Source: Eledone cirrhosa
Taxonomy: Eukaryota
Length of the DNA stretch: 64,000 nt
Assembly (NCBI GenBank): GCA_964016885.1
Contig: OZ024740.1
Span: 13,888,001-13,952,000, forward strand
Direction: 5' to 3'
Shown here: positions 39,401 to 54,500 of the stretch, piece by piece
Position numbering within the stretch: the stretch's first letter is position 1
How the letters are laid out: each line of letters opens with the position of its first letter
Notes under the pieces: generated by a model
What the model was told of the DNA's origin: nothing
Seen by the model: the letters and a program-made list of their open reading frames with translations, nothing else
The model's database searches: none
Translations under genes and position numbers: made by a program

Positions 39401-42400
39401 TTTAAAATCGTGTATCACTGGTATACTGCCGAAGTAAGGTGTTTTAAAACTGTGTATTACTGGTATACAGCAACAGATGTTTTAAAACCGTGTATCACTG
39501 GTATACAGCCGGAGTAAGGTGTTTTAAAACTGTGTATCACTGCTATACAGCCAGAGTACGGTGTTTTAAAACTGTGTATTACAGGTATACAACCAGAGTA
39601 CGGTGTTTTAAAACAGTGTATCACTGGTATACAGCCTGAGTAAGGTGTTTTAAAACTGTGTATTACTGGTATACAGCCGGAGTAAGGTGTTTTAAAACCG
39701 TGTATTACTGGTATACAGCCGGAGTAAGGTGTTTTAAAACCGTGTATCACTGGTATACAGCCAAAGATGTTTTAAAACCGTGTATCACTGGTATACAGCC
39801 GGAGTAATGTGTTTTAAAACTGTGTATTACTGGTATACAGCCGGAGTAAGGTGTTTTAAAACCGTGTATTACAGGTATATAGCCAGAGTAAGGCGTTTTA
39901 AAATTGTATATCACTGGTATACAGCAGGAGTAAGGTGTTTTAAAACTGTATCATTGGTATACATCAAAGATATTTTAAAACTGTATTACAGGTATACAGC
40001 CGGAGTAAGATGTTTTAAAACTGTGTATTACTGTTATACAGCTAAAGATGTTTTAAAACCGTGTATCACTGGTATACTGCCGGAGTAAGGTGTTTTAAAA
40101 CTGTGTATTACTGGTATACAGCAAAAGATGTTTTAAAACCGTGTATCACTGGTATACAGCCGGAGTAAGGTGTTTTAAAACTGTGTATCACTGGTATACA
40201 GCCAGAGTACGGTGTTTTAAAACAGTGTATTACAGGTATACAGCCAGAGTACGGTGTTTTAGAACTGTGTATCACTGGTATACAGCCGGAGTAAGGTGTT
40301 TTAAAACTGTGTATCACTGGTATACAGCCGGAGTAAGGTGTTTTAAAAATGTGTATCACTGGTATACAGCCGGAGTAAGGTGTTTTAAAACTGTGTATCA
40401 CTGGTATACAGCCGGAGTAAGGTGTTTTAAAACTGTGTATCACTGGTATACAGCCGGAGTAAGGTGTTTTAAAACTGTGTATTACAGGTATACAGCCAGA
40501 GTACAGTGTTTTAAAACCGTGTATCACTGGTATACAGCCGGAGTAAGATGTTTTAAAACTGTGTATCACTGGTATACAGCCAGAGTACGGTGTTTAAAAA
40601 CCGTGTATCACTGGTATACAGCCAGAGTACGGTGTTTTAAAACTGTGTATCACTGGTATACAGCCGGAGTAAGGTGTTTTAAAACTGTGTATTACAGGTA
40701 TACAGCCGGAGTAAGGTGTTTTAAAACTGTGTATTACTGGTATACAGCCGGAGTAAGGTGTTCTAAAACTGTGTATTACTGGTATACAGCCGGAGTAAGG
40801 TGTTTTAAAACTGTGTATTACAGGTATACAGCCGGAGTAAGGTGTTTTAAAACTGTGTATTTCAGGTATACAGCCGGAGTAAGGTGTTTTAAAACTGTGT
40901 ATTACTGGTATACAGCCGGAGTAAGGTGTTTTAAAACTGTGTATTGCAGGTATACAGCCGGAGTAAGGTGTTTTAAAACTGTGTATCACTGGTATACAGC
41001 CGGAGTTAGGTGTTTTAAAACTGTGCATTACAGGTATACAGCCGGAGTAAGGTGTTTTAAAACTGTGTATCACTGGTATACAGCCGGAGTTAGGTGTTTT
41101 AAAACTGTGCATTACAGGTATACAGCCGGAGTAAGGTGTTTTAAAACTGTGTATCACTGGTATACAGCCGGAGTAAGGTGTTTTAAAACTGTGTATTACT
41201 GGTATACAGCCGGAGTAAGGTGTTTTAAAACGGTGTATCACTGGTATACAGCCGGAGTAAGGTGTTTTAAAACTGTGTATCACTGGTATACAGCCAGAGT
41301 ACGGTGTTTTAAAACTGTGTATCACTGGTATACAGCCGGAGTAAGGTGTTTTAAAACCGTGTATCACTGGTATACAGCCGGAGTAAGGTGTTTTAAAACT
41401 GTGAATTACTGGTATACAGCCTGAGTAAGGTGTTTTAATACAGCCAGAGTAAGGCGTTTTAAATTGTATATTACTGGTATACAGCCGGAGTAAGGCGTTT
41501 TAAAACTGAATCACTGGTATACAGCCAAAGATATTTTAAAACCGGGTTTCACTGGTATACAGCCAGAGTAAGGTGTTTTAAAACTGTATCACTGGTATAC
41601 AGCCAAAGATATTTTAAAACTGTGTATTACAGGTATACAGCCGGAGTAAGTTGTTTTAAAACTGTGTATTACTGTTATACAGCTAAAGATGTTTTAAAAC
41701 CGTGTATCACTGGTACACAGCCGGATAAGGTGTTTTAAAACTGTGTATTACTGGTATACAGCTAAAGATGTTTTAAAACCGTGTATCACTGGTATACAAC
41801 CGGAGTAAGGTGTTTTAAAACTGTGTATCACTGGTATACAGCCAGAGTACGGTGTTTTAAAACTGTGTATTACTGGTATACAGCCAGAGTACGGTGTTTT
41901 AAAACAGTGTATCACTGGTATACAGCCGGAATAAGGTGTTTTAAAACTGTGTATTACTGGTATACAGCCGGAGTAAGGTGTTTTAAAACCGTGTATTACT
42001 GGTATACAGCCGGAGTAAGGTGTTTTAAAACCGTGTATCACTGGTATACAGCCAAATATGTTTTAAAAGCGTGTATCACTGGTATACAGCCGGAGTAAGG
42101 TGTTTTAAAACTGTGTATCACTGGTATACAGCCAGAGCACGGTGTTTTAAAACTGTGTATTACTTGTATACAGCCAGAGTACGGTGTTTTAAAACAGTGT
42201 ATCACTGGAATACAGCCGGAGTAAGGTGTTTTAAAACTGTGTATTACTGGTATACAGCCGGAGTAAGGTGTTTTAAAACCGTGAATTACTGGTATACAGC
42301 CGGAGTAAGGTGTTTTAAAACCGTGTATCACTGGTATACAGCCAGAGTAAGGTGTTTTAAAACCGTGTATCACAGGTATACAGCCGGAGTAATGTGTTTT

Positions 42401-42899
42401 AAAACCGTGTATCGCTGGTATACAGCCAAAGATATTTTAAAACTGTGTATTACTGGTATACAGCCAGAGTAATGTGTTTTAAAACTGTGTATCACTGGTA
42501 TACAGCTAAAGATGTTTTAAAACCGTGTATCACTGGTATACAGCCAGAGTACGGTGTTTTAGAACTGTGTATCACTGGTATACAGCCAGAGTAAGATGTT
42601 TTAAAACCGTGTATCACTGGTATACAGCCAGAGTACGGTGTTTTAGAACTGTGTATCACTGGTATACAGCCGGAGTAAGGTGTTTTAAAACCGTGTATCA
42701 CTGGTATACAGCCAGAGTACGGTGTTTTAGAACTGTGTATCACTGGTATACAGCCGGAGTAAGATGTTTTAAAACTGTGTATCACTGGTATACAGCCAGA
42801 GTACGGTGTTTTAAAACTGTGTATAACTGGTATACAGCCAGAGTACGGTGTTTTAGAACTGTGTATCACTGGTATACAGCCGGAGTAAGGTGTTTTAAA

Positions 42900-45800
42900 A
42901 CTGTGTATTACTGGTATACAGCCGGAGTAAGGTGTTTTAAAACTGTGTTTCATTGGTATACAGCCGGAGTAAGGTGTTTTAAAACTGTGTATCACTGGTA
43001 TACAGCCGGAGTAAGGTGTTTTAAAACTGTGTATTACTGGTATACAGCCGGAGTAAGGTGTTTTAAAACTGTGTATTACAAGTATACAGCCGGAGTAAGG
43101 TGTTTTAAAACCGTGTATCACTGGTATACAGCCGGAGTAAGGTGTTTTAAAACTGTGTATTACTGGTATACAGCCGGAGTAAAATGTTTTAAAACTGTGT
43201 ATCACTTGTATACAGCCGGAAAAAGTAGTTTTAAAACTGTGTATTACTGGTATACAGGCGGAGTAAGGTGTTTTAAAACTGTGTATCACTGGTATACAGC
43301 CGGAGTAAGGTGTTTTAAAACTGTGTATCACTGGTATACAGCCGGAGTAAGGTGTTTTAAAACTGTGTATTACTGGTATACAGCCGGAGTAAGGTGTTTT
43401 AAAACTGTGTTTCACTGGTATACAGCCGGAGTAAGGTGTTTTAAAACTGTGTATTACCAGTATACAGCCAGAGTAAGGTGTTTTAAAACTGTGTATTACA
43501 TGTATACAGACGGAGTAAGGTGTTTTAAAACCGTGTATCACTGGTATACAGCCGGAGTAAGGTGTTTTAAAACTGTGTATTACAGGTATACAGCCGGAGT
43601 AAGGTGTTTTAAAACTGTGTATTACTGGTATACAGCCGGAGTAAGGTGTTTTAAAACTGTATATTACTGGTATACAGCCAGAGTACGGTGTTTTAAAACT
43701 GTGTATTACAGGTATACAGCCGGAGTAAGGTGTTTTAAAACTGTGTATCACTGGTATACAGCCGGAGTAAGGTGTTTTAAAACTGTGTATTACTGGTATA
43801 CAGCCGGAGTAAGGTGTTTTAAAACTGTGTATTACTGGTATACAGCCGGAGTAAGGTGTTTTAAAACTGTGTATCACTGGTATACAGCCGGAGTAAGGTG
43901 TTTTAAAACTGTGAATTACAGGTATACAGCCGGAGTAAGGTGTTTTAAAACTGTGTATTACAGGTATACAGCCGGAGTAAGGTGTTTTAAAACTGTGTAT
44001 TACAGGTATACAGCCGGAGTAAGGTGTTTTAAAACTGTGTATCACTGGTATACAGCCAGAGTACGGTGTTTTAAAACTGTGTATTACAGGTATACAGCCG
44101 GAGTAAGGTGTTTTAAAACTGTGTATTACACGTATACAGCCGGAGTAAAATGTTTTAAAACTGTGTATCACTGGTATACAGCCGGAGTAAGGTGTTTTAA
44201 AACTGTGTATTACTGGTATACAGGCGGAGTAAGGTGTTTTAAAACTGTGTATCACTGGTATACAGCCGGAGTAAGGTGTTTTAAAACTGTGTATCACTGG
44301 TATACAGCCGGAGTAAGGTGTTTTAAAACTGTGTATTAGTGGTATACAGCCGGAGTAAGGTGTTTTAAAACTGTGTTTCACTGGTATACAGCCGGAGTAA
44401 GGTGTTTTAAAACTGTGTATTACAGGTATACAGCCGGAGTAAGGTGTTTTAAAACTGTGTATTACATGTATACAGACGGAGTAAGGTGTTTGAAAACCGT
44501 GTATCACTGGTATACAGCCGGAGTTAGGTGTTTTAAAACTGTGTATTACTGGTATACAGCCGGAGTAAGGTGTTTTAAAACTGTGTATTACAGGTATACA
44601 GCCGGAGTAAGGTGTTTTAAAACTGTGTATTACTGGTATACAGCCGGAGTAAGGTGTTTTAAAACTGTATATTACTGGTATACAGCCAGAGTACGGTGTT
44701 TTAAAACTGTGTATTACAGGTATACAGCCGGAGTAAGGTGTTTTAAAACTGTGTATTACACGTATACAGCCGGAGTAAAATGTTTTAAAATTGTGTATCA
44801 TTGGTATACAGCCGGAGTAAGGTGTTTTAAAACTGTCTATTACTGGTATACAGCCGGAGTAAGGTGTTTTAAAACTGTGTATTACACGTATACAGCCGGA
44901 GTAAAATGTTTTAAAACTGTGTATCACTGGTATACAGCCGGAGTAAGGTGTTTTAAAACTGTGTATTACTGGTATACAGCCGGAGTAAGGTGTTTTAAAA
45001 CTGTGTATTACTGGTATACAGGCGGAGTAAGGTGTTTTAAAACCGTGTATCACTGGTATACAGCCGGAGTAAGATGTTTTAAAACCGTGTATCACTGGTA
45101 TACAACCGGAGTAAGGTGTTTTAAAATTGTGTATCACTGGTATAAGCCGGAGTAAGGTGTTTTAAAACTGTGTATCACTGGTATACAGCCGGAGTAAGGT
45201 GTTTTAAAACTGTCTATTACATGTATACAGCCGGAGTAAGGTGTTTTAAAACTGTGTATTACATGTATACAGACGGAGTAAGGTGTTTTAAAACCGTGTA
45301 TCACTGGTATACAGCCTGAGTCAGGTGTTTTAAAACTGTGTATTACTGGTATACAGCCGGAGTAAGGTGTTTTAAAACTGTGTATTACAGGTATACAGCC
45401 GGAGTAAGGTGTTTTAAAACTGTGTATCACTGGTATACAGCCAGAGTACGGTGTTTTAAAACTGTGTATCACTGGTATACAGCCGGAGTAAGGTGTTTTA
45501 AAACTGTGTATTACAGGTATACAGCCGGAGTAAGGTGTTTTAAAACTGTGTATTACGGTATACAGCCGGAGTAAGGTGTTTTAAAATTGTGTATTACTGG
45601 TATACAGCCGGAGTAAGGTGTTTTAAAACTGTGTATTACAAGTATACAGCCGGAGTAAGGTGTTTTAAAACCGTGCATCACTGGTATACAGCCGGAGTAA
45701 GGTGTTTTAAAACTGTGTGTCACTGGTATACAGCCGGAGTAAGGTGTTTTAAAACTGTGAATTACAGGTATACAGCCGGAGTAAGGTGTTTTAAAACTGT

Positions 45801-47030
45801 GTATTACAGGTATACAGCCGGAGTAAGGTGTTTTAAAACTGTGTATCACTGGTATACAGCCAGAGTACGGTGTTTTAAAACTGTGTATTACAGGTATACA
45901 GCCGGAGTAAGGTGTTTTAAAACTGTGTATTACATGTATACAGACGGAGTAATGTGTTTTAAAACCGTGTATAACTGGTATACAGCCGGAGTAAGGTGTT
46001 TTAAAACTGTGTATTACTGGTATACAGCCGGAGTAAGGTGTTTTAAAACTGTGTATTACAGGTATACAGCCGGAGTAAGGTGTTTTAAAACTGTGTATTA
46101 CTGGTATACAGCCGGAGTAAGGTGTTTTAAAACTGTATATTACTGGTATACAGCCAGAGTACGGTGTTTTAAAACTGTGTATTACAGGTATACAGCCGGA
46201 GTAAGGTGTTTTAAAACTGTGTATTAAACGTATACAGCCGGAGTAAAATGTTTTAAAACTGTATCACTGGTATACAGCCGGAGTAAGGTGTTTTAAAACT
46301 GTGTATTACTGGTATACAGCCGGAGTAAGGTGTTTTAAAACTGTGTATTACTGGTATGCAGGCGGAGTAAGGTGCTTTAAAACTGTGTATCACTGGTATA
46401 CAGCCGGAGTAAGGTGTTTTAAAACTGTGTATCACTGGTATACAGCCGGAGTAAGGTGTTTTAAAACCGTGTATCACTGGTATACAGCCGGAGTAAGGTG
46501 TTTTAAAACTGTGTATTACTGGTATACAGCCGGAGAATGGTGTTTTAAAACTGTGTATCACTGGTATACAGCCGGAGTAAGGTGTTTTAAAACTGTGTAT
46601 TACTGGTATACAGCCGGTGTAAGGTGTTTTAAAAATGTGTATCACTGGTATACAGCCAGAGTAAGGTGTTTTAAAACTGTGTATTACAGGTATACAGCCG
46701 GAGTAAAGTGTTTTAAAACTGTGTATCACTGGTATACAGCCGGAGTAAGGTGTTTTAAAACCGTGTATCACTGGTATACAGCCGGGGTAAGGTGTTTTAA
46801 AACTGTGTATTACTGGTATACAGCCGGAGTACGACGTTTTAAAACTGTGTATTACTGGTATACAGCCGGAGTAAGGTGTTTTAAAACTGTGTATTACTGG
46901 TATACAGCCGGAGTAAGGTGTTTTAAAACTGTGTATTACTGGTATACAGCCGGAGTACGGTGTTTTAAAACTGTGTAACACTGGTACACAGCCGGAGTAC
47001 GGTGTTTTAAAACTGTGTATTACTGGTATA
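42900..47030 (+). repeat. Distinct satellite sub-domain (copy 2 of 7,680-11,800)
   Basis: The same characteristic variants appear in the same order at an offset of ~35.2-35.3 kb. Confidence 0.85.
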
Positions 47031-47749
47031 CAGCCGGAGTAAGGTGTTTTAAAACTGTGTATCACTGGTATACAGCCGGAGTAAGGTGTTTTAAAACTGT
47101 GTATCACTGGTATACAGCCGGAGTAAGGTGTTTTAAAACTGTGTATTACAGGTATACAGCCAGAGTACAGTGTTTTAAAACCGTGTATCACTGGTATACA
47201 ACCGGAGTAAGATGTTTTAAAACTGTGTATCACTGGTATACAGCCAGAGTACGGTGTTTTAAAACCGGGTATCACTGGTATACAGCCAGAGTACGGTGTT
47301 TTAAAACTGTGTATCACTGGTATACAGCCGGAGTAAGGTGTTTTAAAACTGTGTATTACAGGTATACAGCCGGAGTAAGGTGTTTTAAAACTGTGTATTA
47401 CTGGTATACAGCCGGAGTAAGGTGTTTTAAAACTGTGTATTACTGGTATACAGCCGGAGTAAGGTGTTCTAAAACTGTGTATTACTGGTATACAGCCGGA
47501 GTAAGGTGTTTTAAAACTGTGTATTACAGGTATACAGCCGGAGTAAGGTGTTTTAAAACTGTGTATTTCAGGTATACAGCCGGAGTAAGGTGTTTTAAAA
47601 CTGTGTATTACTGGTATACAGTCGGAGTAAGGTGTTTTAAAACTGTGTATTACAGGTATACAGCCGGAGTAAGGTGTTTTAAAACTGTATATCACTGGTA
47701 TACAGCCGGAGTTAGGTGTTTTAAAACTGTGCATTACAGGTATACAGCC

Positions 47750-50700
47750 GGAGTAAGGTGTTTTAAAACTGTGTATCACTGGTATACAGCCGGAGTAAGG
47801 TGTTTTAAAACTGTGTATTACTGGTATACAGCCGGAGTAAGGTGTTTTAAAACGGTGTATCACTGGTATACAGCCGGAGTAAGGTGTTTTAAAACTGTGT
47901 ATCACTGGTATACAGCCAGAGTACGGTGTTTTAAAACTGTGTATCACTGGTATACAGCCGGAGTAAGGTGTTTTAAAACCGTGTATCACTGGTATACAGC
48001 CGGAGTAAGGTGTTTTAAAACTGTGAATTACTGGTATACAGCCTGAGTAAGGTGTTTTAAAACCGTGTATTACAGGTATACAGCCAGAGTAAGGCGTTTT
48101 AAATTGTATATTACTGGTATACAGCCGGAGTAAGGTGTTTTAAAACTGTATCACTGGTATACAGCCAAAGATATTTTAAAACTGTGTATTACAGGTATAC
48201 AGCCGGAGTAAGTTGTTTTAAAACTGTGTATTACTGTTATACAGCTAAAGATGTTTTAAAACCGTGTATCACTGGTATACAACCGGAGTAAGGTGTTTTA
48301 AAACTGTGTATTACTGGTATACAGCCGGAGTAAGGTGTTTTAAAACCGTGTATTACTGGTATACAGCCGGAGTAAGGTGTTTTAAAACCGTGTATTACTG
48401 GTATACAGCCGGAGTAAGGTGTTTTAAAACCGTGTATCACTGGTATACAGCCAAATATGTTTTAAAAGCGTGTATCACTGGTATACAGCCGGAGTAAGGT
48501 GTTTTAAAACTGTGTATCACTGGTATACAGCCAGAGTACGGTGTTTTAGAACTGTGTATCAATGGTATACAGCCAGAGTAAGATGTTTTAAAACCGTGTA
48601 TCACTGGTATACAGCCAGAGTACGGTGTTTTAGAACTGTGTATCACTGGTATACAGCCGGAGTAAGGTGTTTTAAAACCGTGTATCACTGGTATACAGCC
48701 AGAGTACGGTGTTTTAGAACTGTGTATAACTGGTATACAGCCAGAGTACGGTGTTTTAGAACTGTGTATCACTGGTATACAGCCGGAGTAAGGTGTTTTA
48801 AAACTGTGTATCACTGGTATACAGCCGGAGTAAGGTGTTTTAAAACTGTGTATTACTGGTATACAGCCGGAGTAAGGTGTTTTAAAAATGTGTATCACTG
48901 GTATACAGCCAGAGTAAGGTGTTTTAAAACTGTGTATCACTGGTATACAGCCGGAGTAAGGTGTTTTAAAACTGTGTATCACTGGTATACAGCCGGAGTA
49001 AGGTGTTTTAAAACTGTGTATCACTGGTATACAGCCGGAGTAAGGTGTTTTAAAACTGTGTATTACAGGTATACAGCCAGAGTACAGTGTTTTAAAACCG
49101 TGTATCACTGGTATACAGCCGGAGTAAGATGTTTTAAAACTGTGTATCACTGGTATACAGCCAGAGTACGGTGTTTTAAAACCGTGTATCACTGGTATAC
49201 AGCCAGAGTACGGTGTTTTAAAACTGTGTATCACTGGTATACAGCCGGAGTAAGGTGTTTTAAAACTGTGTATTACAGGTATACAGCCGGAGTAAGGTGT
49301 TTTAAAACTGTGTATTACTGGTATACAGCCGGAGTAAGGTGTTTTAAAACTGTGTATTACTGGTATACAGCCGGAGTAAGGTGTTCTAAAACTGTGTATT
49401 ACTGGTATACAGCCGGAGTAAGGTGTTTTAAAACTGTGTATCACTGGTATACAGCCGGAGTAAGGTGTTTTAAAACTGTGTATTACTGGTATACAGCCGG
49501 AGTAAGGTGTTTTAAAACGGTGTATCACTGGTATACAGCCGGAGTAAGGTGTTTTAAAACTGTGTATCACTGGTATACAGCCAGAGTACGGTGTTTTAAA
49601 ACTGTGTATCACTGGTATACAGCCGGAGTAAGGTGTTTTAAAACTGTGTATCACTGGTATACAGCCGGAGTAAGGTGTTTTAAAACTGTGTATTACTGGT
49701 ATACAGCCGGAGTAAGGTGTTTTAAAACGGTGTATCACTGGTATACAGCCGGAGTAAGGTGTTTTAAAACTGTGTATCACTGGTATACAGCCAGAGTACG
49801 GTGTTTTAAAACTGTGTATCACTGGTATACAGCCGGAGTAAGGTGTTTTAAAACCGTGTATCACTGGTATACAGCCGGAGTAAGGTGTTTTAAAACTGTG
49901 AATTACTGGTATACAGCCTGAGTAAGGTGTTTTAAAACCGTGTATTACAGGTATACAGCCAGAGTAAGGCGTTTTAAATTGTATATTACTGGTATACAGC
50001 CGGAGTAAGGTGTTTTAAAACTGTATCACTGGTATACAGCCAAAGATATTTTAAAACTGTGTATTACAGGTATACAGCCGGAGTAAGTTGTTTTAAAACT
50101 GTGTATTACTGTTATACAGCTAAAGATGTTTTAAAACCGTGTATCACTGGTATACAACCGGAGTAAGGTGTTTTAAAACTGTGTATTACTGGTATACAGC
50201 CGGAGTAAGGTGTTTTAAAACCGTGTATTACTGGTATACAGCCGGAGTAAGGTGTTTTAAAACCGTGTATTACTGGTATACAGCCGGAGTAAGGTGTTTT
50301 AAAACCGTGTATCACTGGTATACAGCCAAATATGTTTTAAAAGCGTGTATCACTGGTATACAGCCGGAGTAAGGTGTTTTAAAACTGTGTATCACTGGTA
50401 TACAGCCAGAGTACGGTGTTTTAGAACTGTGTATCAATGGTATACAGCCAGAGTAAGATGTTTTAAAACCGTGTATCACTGGTATACAGCCAGAGTACGG
50501 TGTTTTAGAACTGTGTATCACTGGTATACAGCCGGAGTAAGGTGTTTTAAAACCGTGTATCACTGGTATACAGCCAGAGTACGGTGTTTTAGAACTGTGT
50601 ATAACTGGTATACAGCCAGAGTACGGTGTTTTAGAACTGTGTATCACTGGTATACAGCCGGAGTAAGGTGTTTTAAAACTGTGTATCACTGGTATACAGC

Positions 50701-51590
50701 CGGAGTAAGGTGTTTTAAAACTGTGTATTACTGGTATACAGCCGGAGTAAGGTGTTTTAAAAATGTGTATCACTGGTATACAGCCAGAGTAAGGTGTTTT
50801 AAAACTGTGTATCACTGGTATACAGCCGGAGTAAGGTGTTTTAAAACTGTGTATCACTGGTATACAGCCGGAGTAAGGTGTTTTAAAACTGTGTATCACT
50901 GGTATACAGCCGGAGTAAGGTGTTTTAAAACTGTGTATTACAGGTATACAGCCAGAGTACAGTGTTTTAAAACCGTGTATCACTGGTATACAGCCGGAGT
51001 AAGATGTTTTAAAACTGTGTATCACTGGTATACAGCCAGAGTACGGTGTTTTAAAACCGTGTATCACTGGTATACAGCCAGAGTACGGTGTTTTAAAACT
51101 GTGTATCACTGGTATACAGCCGGAGTAAGGTGTTTTAAAACTGTGTATTACAGGTATACAGCCGGAGTAAGGTGTTTTAAAACTGTGTATTACTGGTATA
51201 CAGCCGGAGTAAGGTGTTTTAAAACTGTGTATTACTGGTATACAGCCGGAGTAAGGTGTTCTAAAACTGTGTATTACTGGTATACAGCCGGAGTAAGGTG
51301 TTTTAAAACTGTGTATCACTGGTATACAGCCGGAGTAAGGTGTTTTAAAACTGTGTATTACTGGTATACAGCCGGAGTAAGGTGTTTTAAAACGGTGTAT
51401 CACTGGTATACAGCCGGAGTAAGGTGTTTTAAAACTGTGTATCACTGGTATACAGCCAGAGTACGGTGTTTTAAAACTGTGTATCACTGGTATACAGCCG
51501 GAGTAAGGTGTTTTAAAACCGTGTATCACTGGTATACAGCCGGAGTAAGGTGTTTTAAAACTGTGAATTACTGGTATACAGCCTGAGTAA
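47750..51590 (+). repeat. Tandem duplication with a ~1,875-bp unit
   Basis: ORFs 48237/50112, 48264/50139 and 48470/50345 are offset by 1,875. The first copy has an extra 210-bp (5-monomer) duplication (AAAACGG near 49,515 and 49,725). Confidence 0.85.
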
Positions 51591-54500
51591 GGTGTTTTAA
51601 TACAGCCAGAGTAAGGCGTTTTAAATTGTATATTACTGGTATACAGCCGGAGTAAGGCGTTTTAAAACTGAATCACTGGTATACAGCCAAAGATATTTTA
51701 AAACCGGGTTTCACTGGTATACAGCCAGAGTAACGTGTTTTAAAACTGTATCACTGGTATACAGCCAAAGATATTTTAAAACTGTGTATTACAGGTATAC
51801 AGCCGGAGTAAGTTGTTTTAAAACTGTGTATTACTGTTATACAGCTAAAGATGTTTTAAAACCGTGTATCACTGGTACACAGCCGGATAAGGTGTTTTAA
51901 AACTGTGTATTACTGTTATACAGCTAAAGATGTTTTAAAACCGTGTATCACTGGTATACAACCGGAGTAAGGTGTTTTAAAACTGTGTATCACTGGTATA
52001 CAGCCAGAGTACGGTGTTTTAAAACTGTGTATTACTGGTATACAGCCAGAGTACGGTGTTTTAAAACAGTGTATCACTGGTATACAGCCGGAGTAAGGTG
52101 TTTTAAAACTGTGTATTACTGGTATACAGCCGGAGTAAGGTGTTTTAAAACCGTGTATTACTGGTATACAGCCGGAGTAAGGTGTTTTAAAACCGTGTAT
52201 CACTGGTATACAGCCAAATATGTTTTAAAAGCGTGTATCACTGGTATACAGCCGGAGTAAGGTGTTTTAAAACTGTGTATCACTGGTATACAGCCAGAGT
52301 ACGGTGTTTTAGAACTGTGTATCAATGGTATACAGCCAGAGTAAGATGTTTTAAAACCGTGTATCACTGGTATACAGCCAGAGTACGGTGTTTTAGAACT
52401 GTGTATCACTGGTATACAGCCGGAGTAAGGTGTTTTAAAACCGTGTATCACTGGTATACAGCCAGAGTACGGTGTTTTAGAACTGTGTATAACTGGTATA
52501 CAGCCAGAGTACGGTGTTTTAGAACTGTGTATCACTGGTATACAGCCGGAGTAAGGTGTTTTAAAACTGTGTATCACTGGTATACAGCCGGAGTAAGGTG
52601 TTTTAAAAATGTGTATCACTGGTATACAGCCAGAGTAAGGTGTTTTAAAACTGTGTATCACTGGTATACAGCCGGAGTAAGGTGTTTTAAAACTGTGTAT
52701 CACTGGTATACAGCCGGAGTAAGGTGTTTTAAAACTGTGTATCACTGGTATACAGCCGGAGTAAGGTGTTTTAAAACTGTGTATTACAGGTATACAGCCA
52801 GAGTACAGTGTTTTAAAACCGTGTATCACTGGTATACAGCCGGAGTAAGATGTTTTAAAACTGTGTATCACTGGTATACAGCCAGAGTACGGTGTTTAAA
52901 AACCGTGTATCACTGGTATACAGCCAGAGTACGGTGTTTTAAAACTGTGTATCACTGGTATACAGCCGGAGTAAGGTGTTTTAAAACTGTGTATTACAGG
53001 TATACAGCCGGAGTAAGGTGTTTTAAAACTGTGTATTACTGGTATACAGCCGGAGTAAGGTGTTCTAAAACTGTGTATTACTGGTATACAGCCGGAGTAA
53101 GGTGTTTTAAAACTGTGTATTACAGGTATACAGCCGGAGTAAGGTGTTTTAAAACTGTGTATTTCAGGTATACAGCCGGAGTAAGGTGTTTTAAAACTGT
53201 GTATTACTGGTATACAGCCGGAGTAAGGTGTTTTAAAACTGTGTATTGCAGGTATACAGCCGGAGTAAGGTGTTTTAAAACTGTGTATCACTGGTATACA
53301 GCCGGAGTTAGGTGTTTTAAAACTGTGCATTACAGGTATACAGCCGGAGTAAGGTGTTTTAAAACTGTGTATCACTGGTATACAGCCGGAGTTAGGTGTT
53401 TTAAAACTGTGCATTACAGGTATACAGCCGGAGTAAGGTGTTTTAAAACTGTGTATCACTGGTATACAGCCGGAGTAAGGTGTTTTAAAACTGTGTATTA
53501 CTGGTATACAGCCGGAGTAAGGTGTTTTAAAACGGTGTATCACTGGTATACAGCCGGAGTAAGGTGTTTTAAAACTGTGTATCACTGGTATACAGCCAGA
53601 GTACGGTGTTTTAAAACTGTGTATCACTGGTATACAGCCGGAGTAAGGTGTTTTAAAACCGTGTATCACTGGTATACAGCCGGAGTAAGGTGTTTTAAAA
53701 CTGTGAATTACTGGTATACAGCCTGAGTAAGGTGTTTTAATACAGCCAGAGTAAGGCGTTTTAAATTGTATATTACTGGTATACAGCCGGAGTAAGGCGT
53801 TTTAAAACTGAATCACTGGTATACAGCCAAAGATATTTTAAAACCGGGTTTCACTGGTATACAGCCAGAGTAAGGTGTTTTAAAACTGTATCACTGGTAT
53901 ACAGCCAAAGATATTTTAAAACTGTGTATTACAGGTATACAGCCGGAGTAAGTTGTTTTAAAACTGTGTATTACTGTTATACAGCTAAAGATGTTTTAAA
54001 ACCGTGTATCACTGGTACACAGCCGGATAAGGTGTTTTAAAACTGTGTATTACTGGTATACAGCTAAAGATGTTTTAAAACCGTGTATCACTGGTATACA
54101 ACCGGAGTAAGGTGTTTTAAAACTGTGTATCACTGGTATACAGCCAGAGTACGGTGTTTTAAAACTGTGTATTACTGGTATACAGCCAGAGTACGGTGTT
54201 TTAAAACAGTGTATCACTGGTATACAGCCGGAGTAAGGTGTTTTAAAACTGTGTATTACTGGTATACAGCCGGAGTAAGGTGTTTTAAAACCGTGTATTA
54301 CTGGTATACAGCCGGAGTAAGGTGTTTTAAAACCGTGTATCACTGGTATACAGCCAAATATGTTTTAAAAGCGTGTATCACTGGTATACAGCCGGAGTAA
54401 GGTGTTTTAAAACTGTGTATCACTGGTATACAGCCAGAGCACGGTGTTTTAAAACTGTGTATCACTTGTATACAGCCAGAGTACGGTGTTTTAAAACTGT

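Larger units (their letters stand above)
20665..40350 (+). repeat. Tandem duplication with a ~9.8-kb unit (~20,665-30,549 and ~30,550-40,350)
   Basis: The offset is 9,885 (21198/31083, 21694/31579) and becomes 9,801 after a two-monomer indel (22390/32191, 24330/34131, 27786/37587, 28740/38541, 30307/40108). Confidence 0.92.
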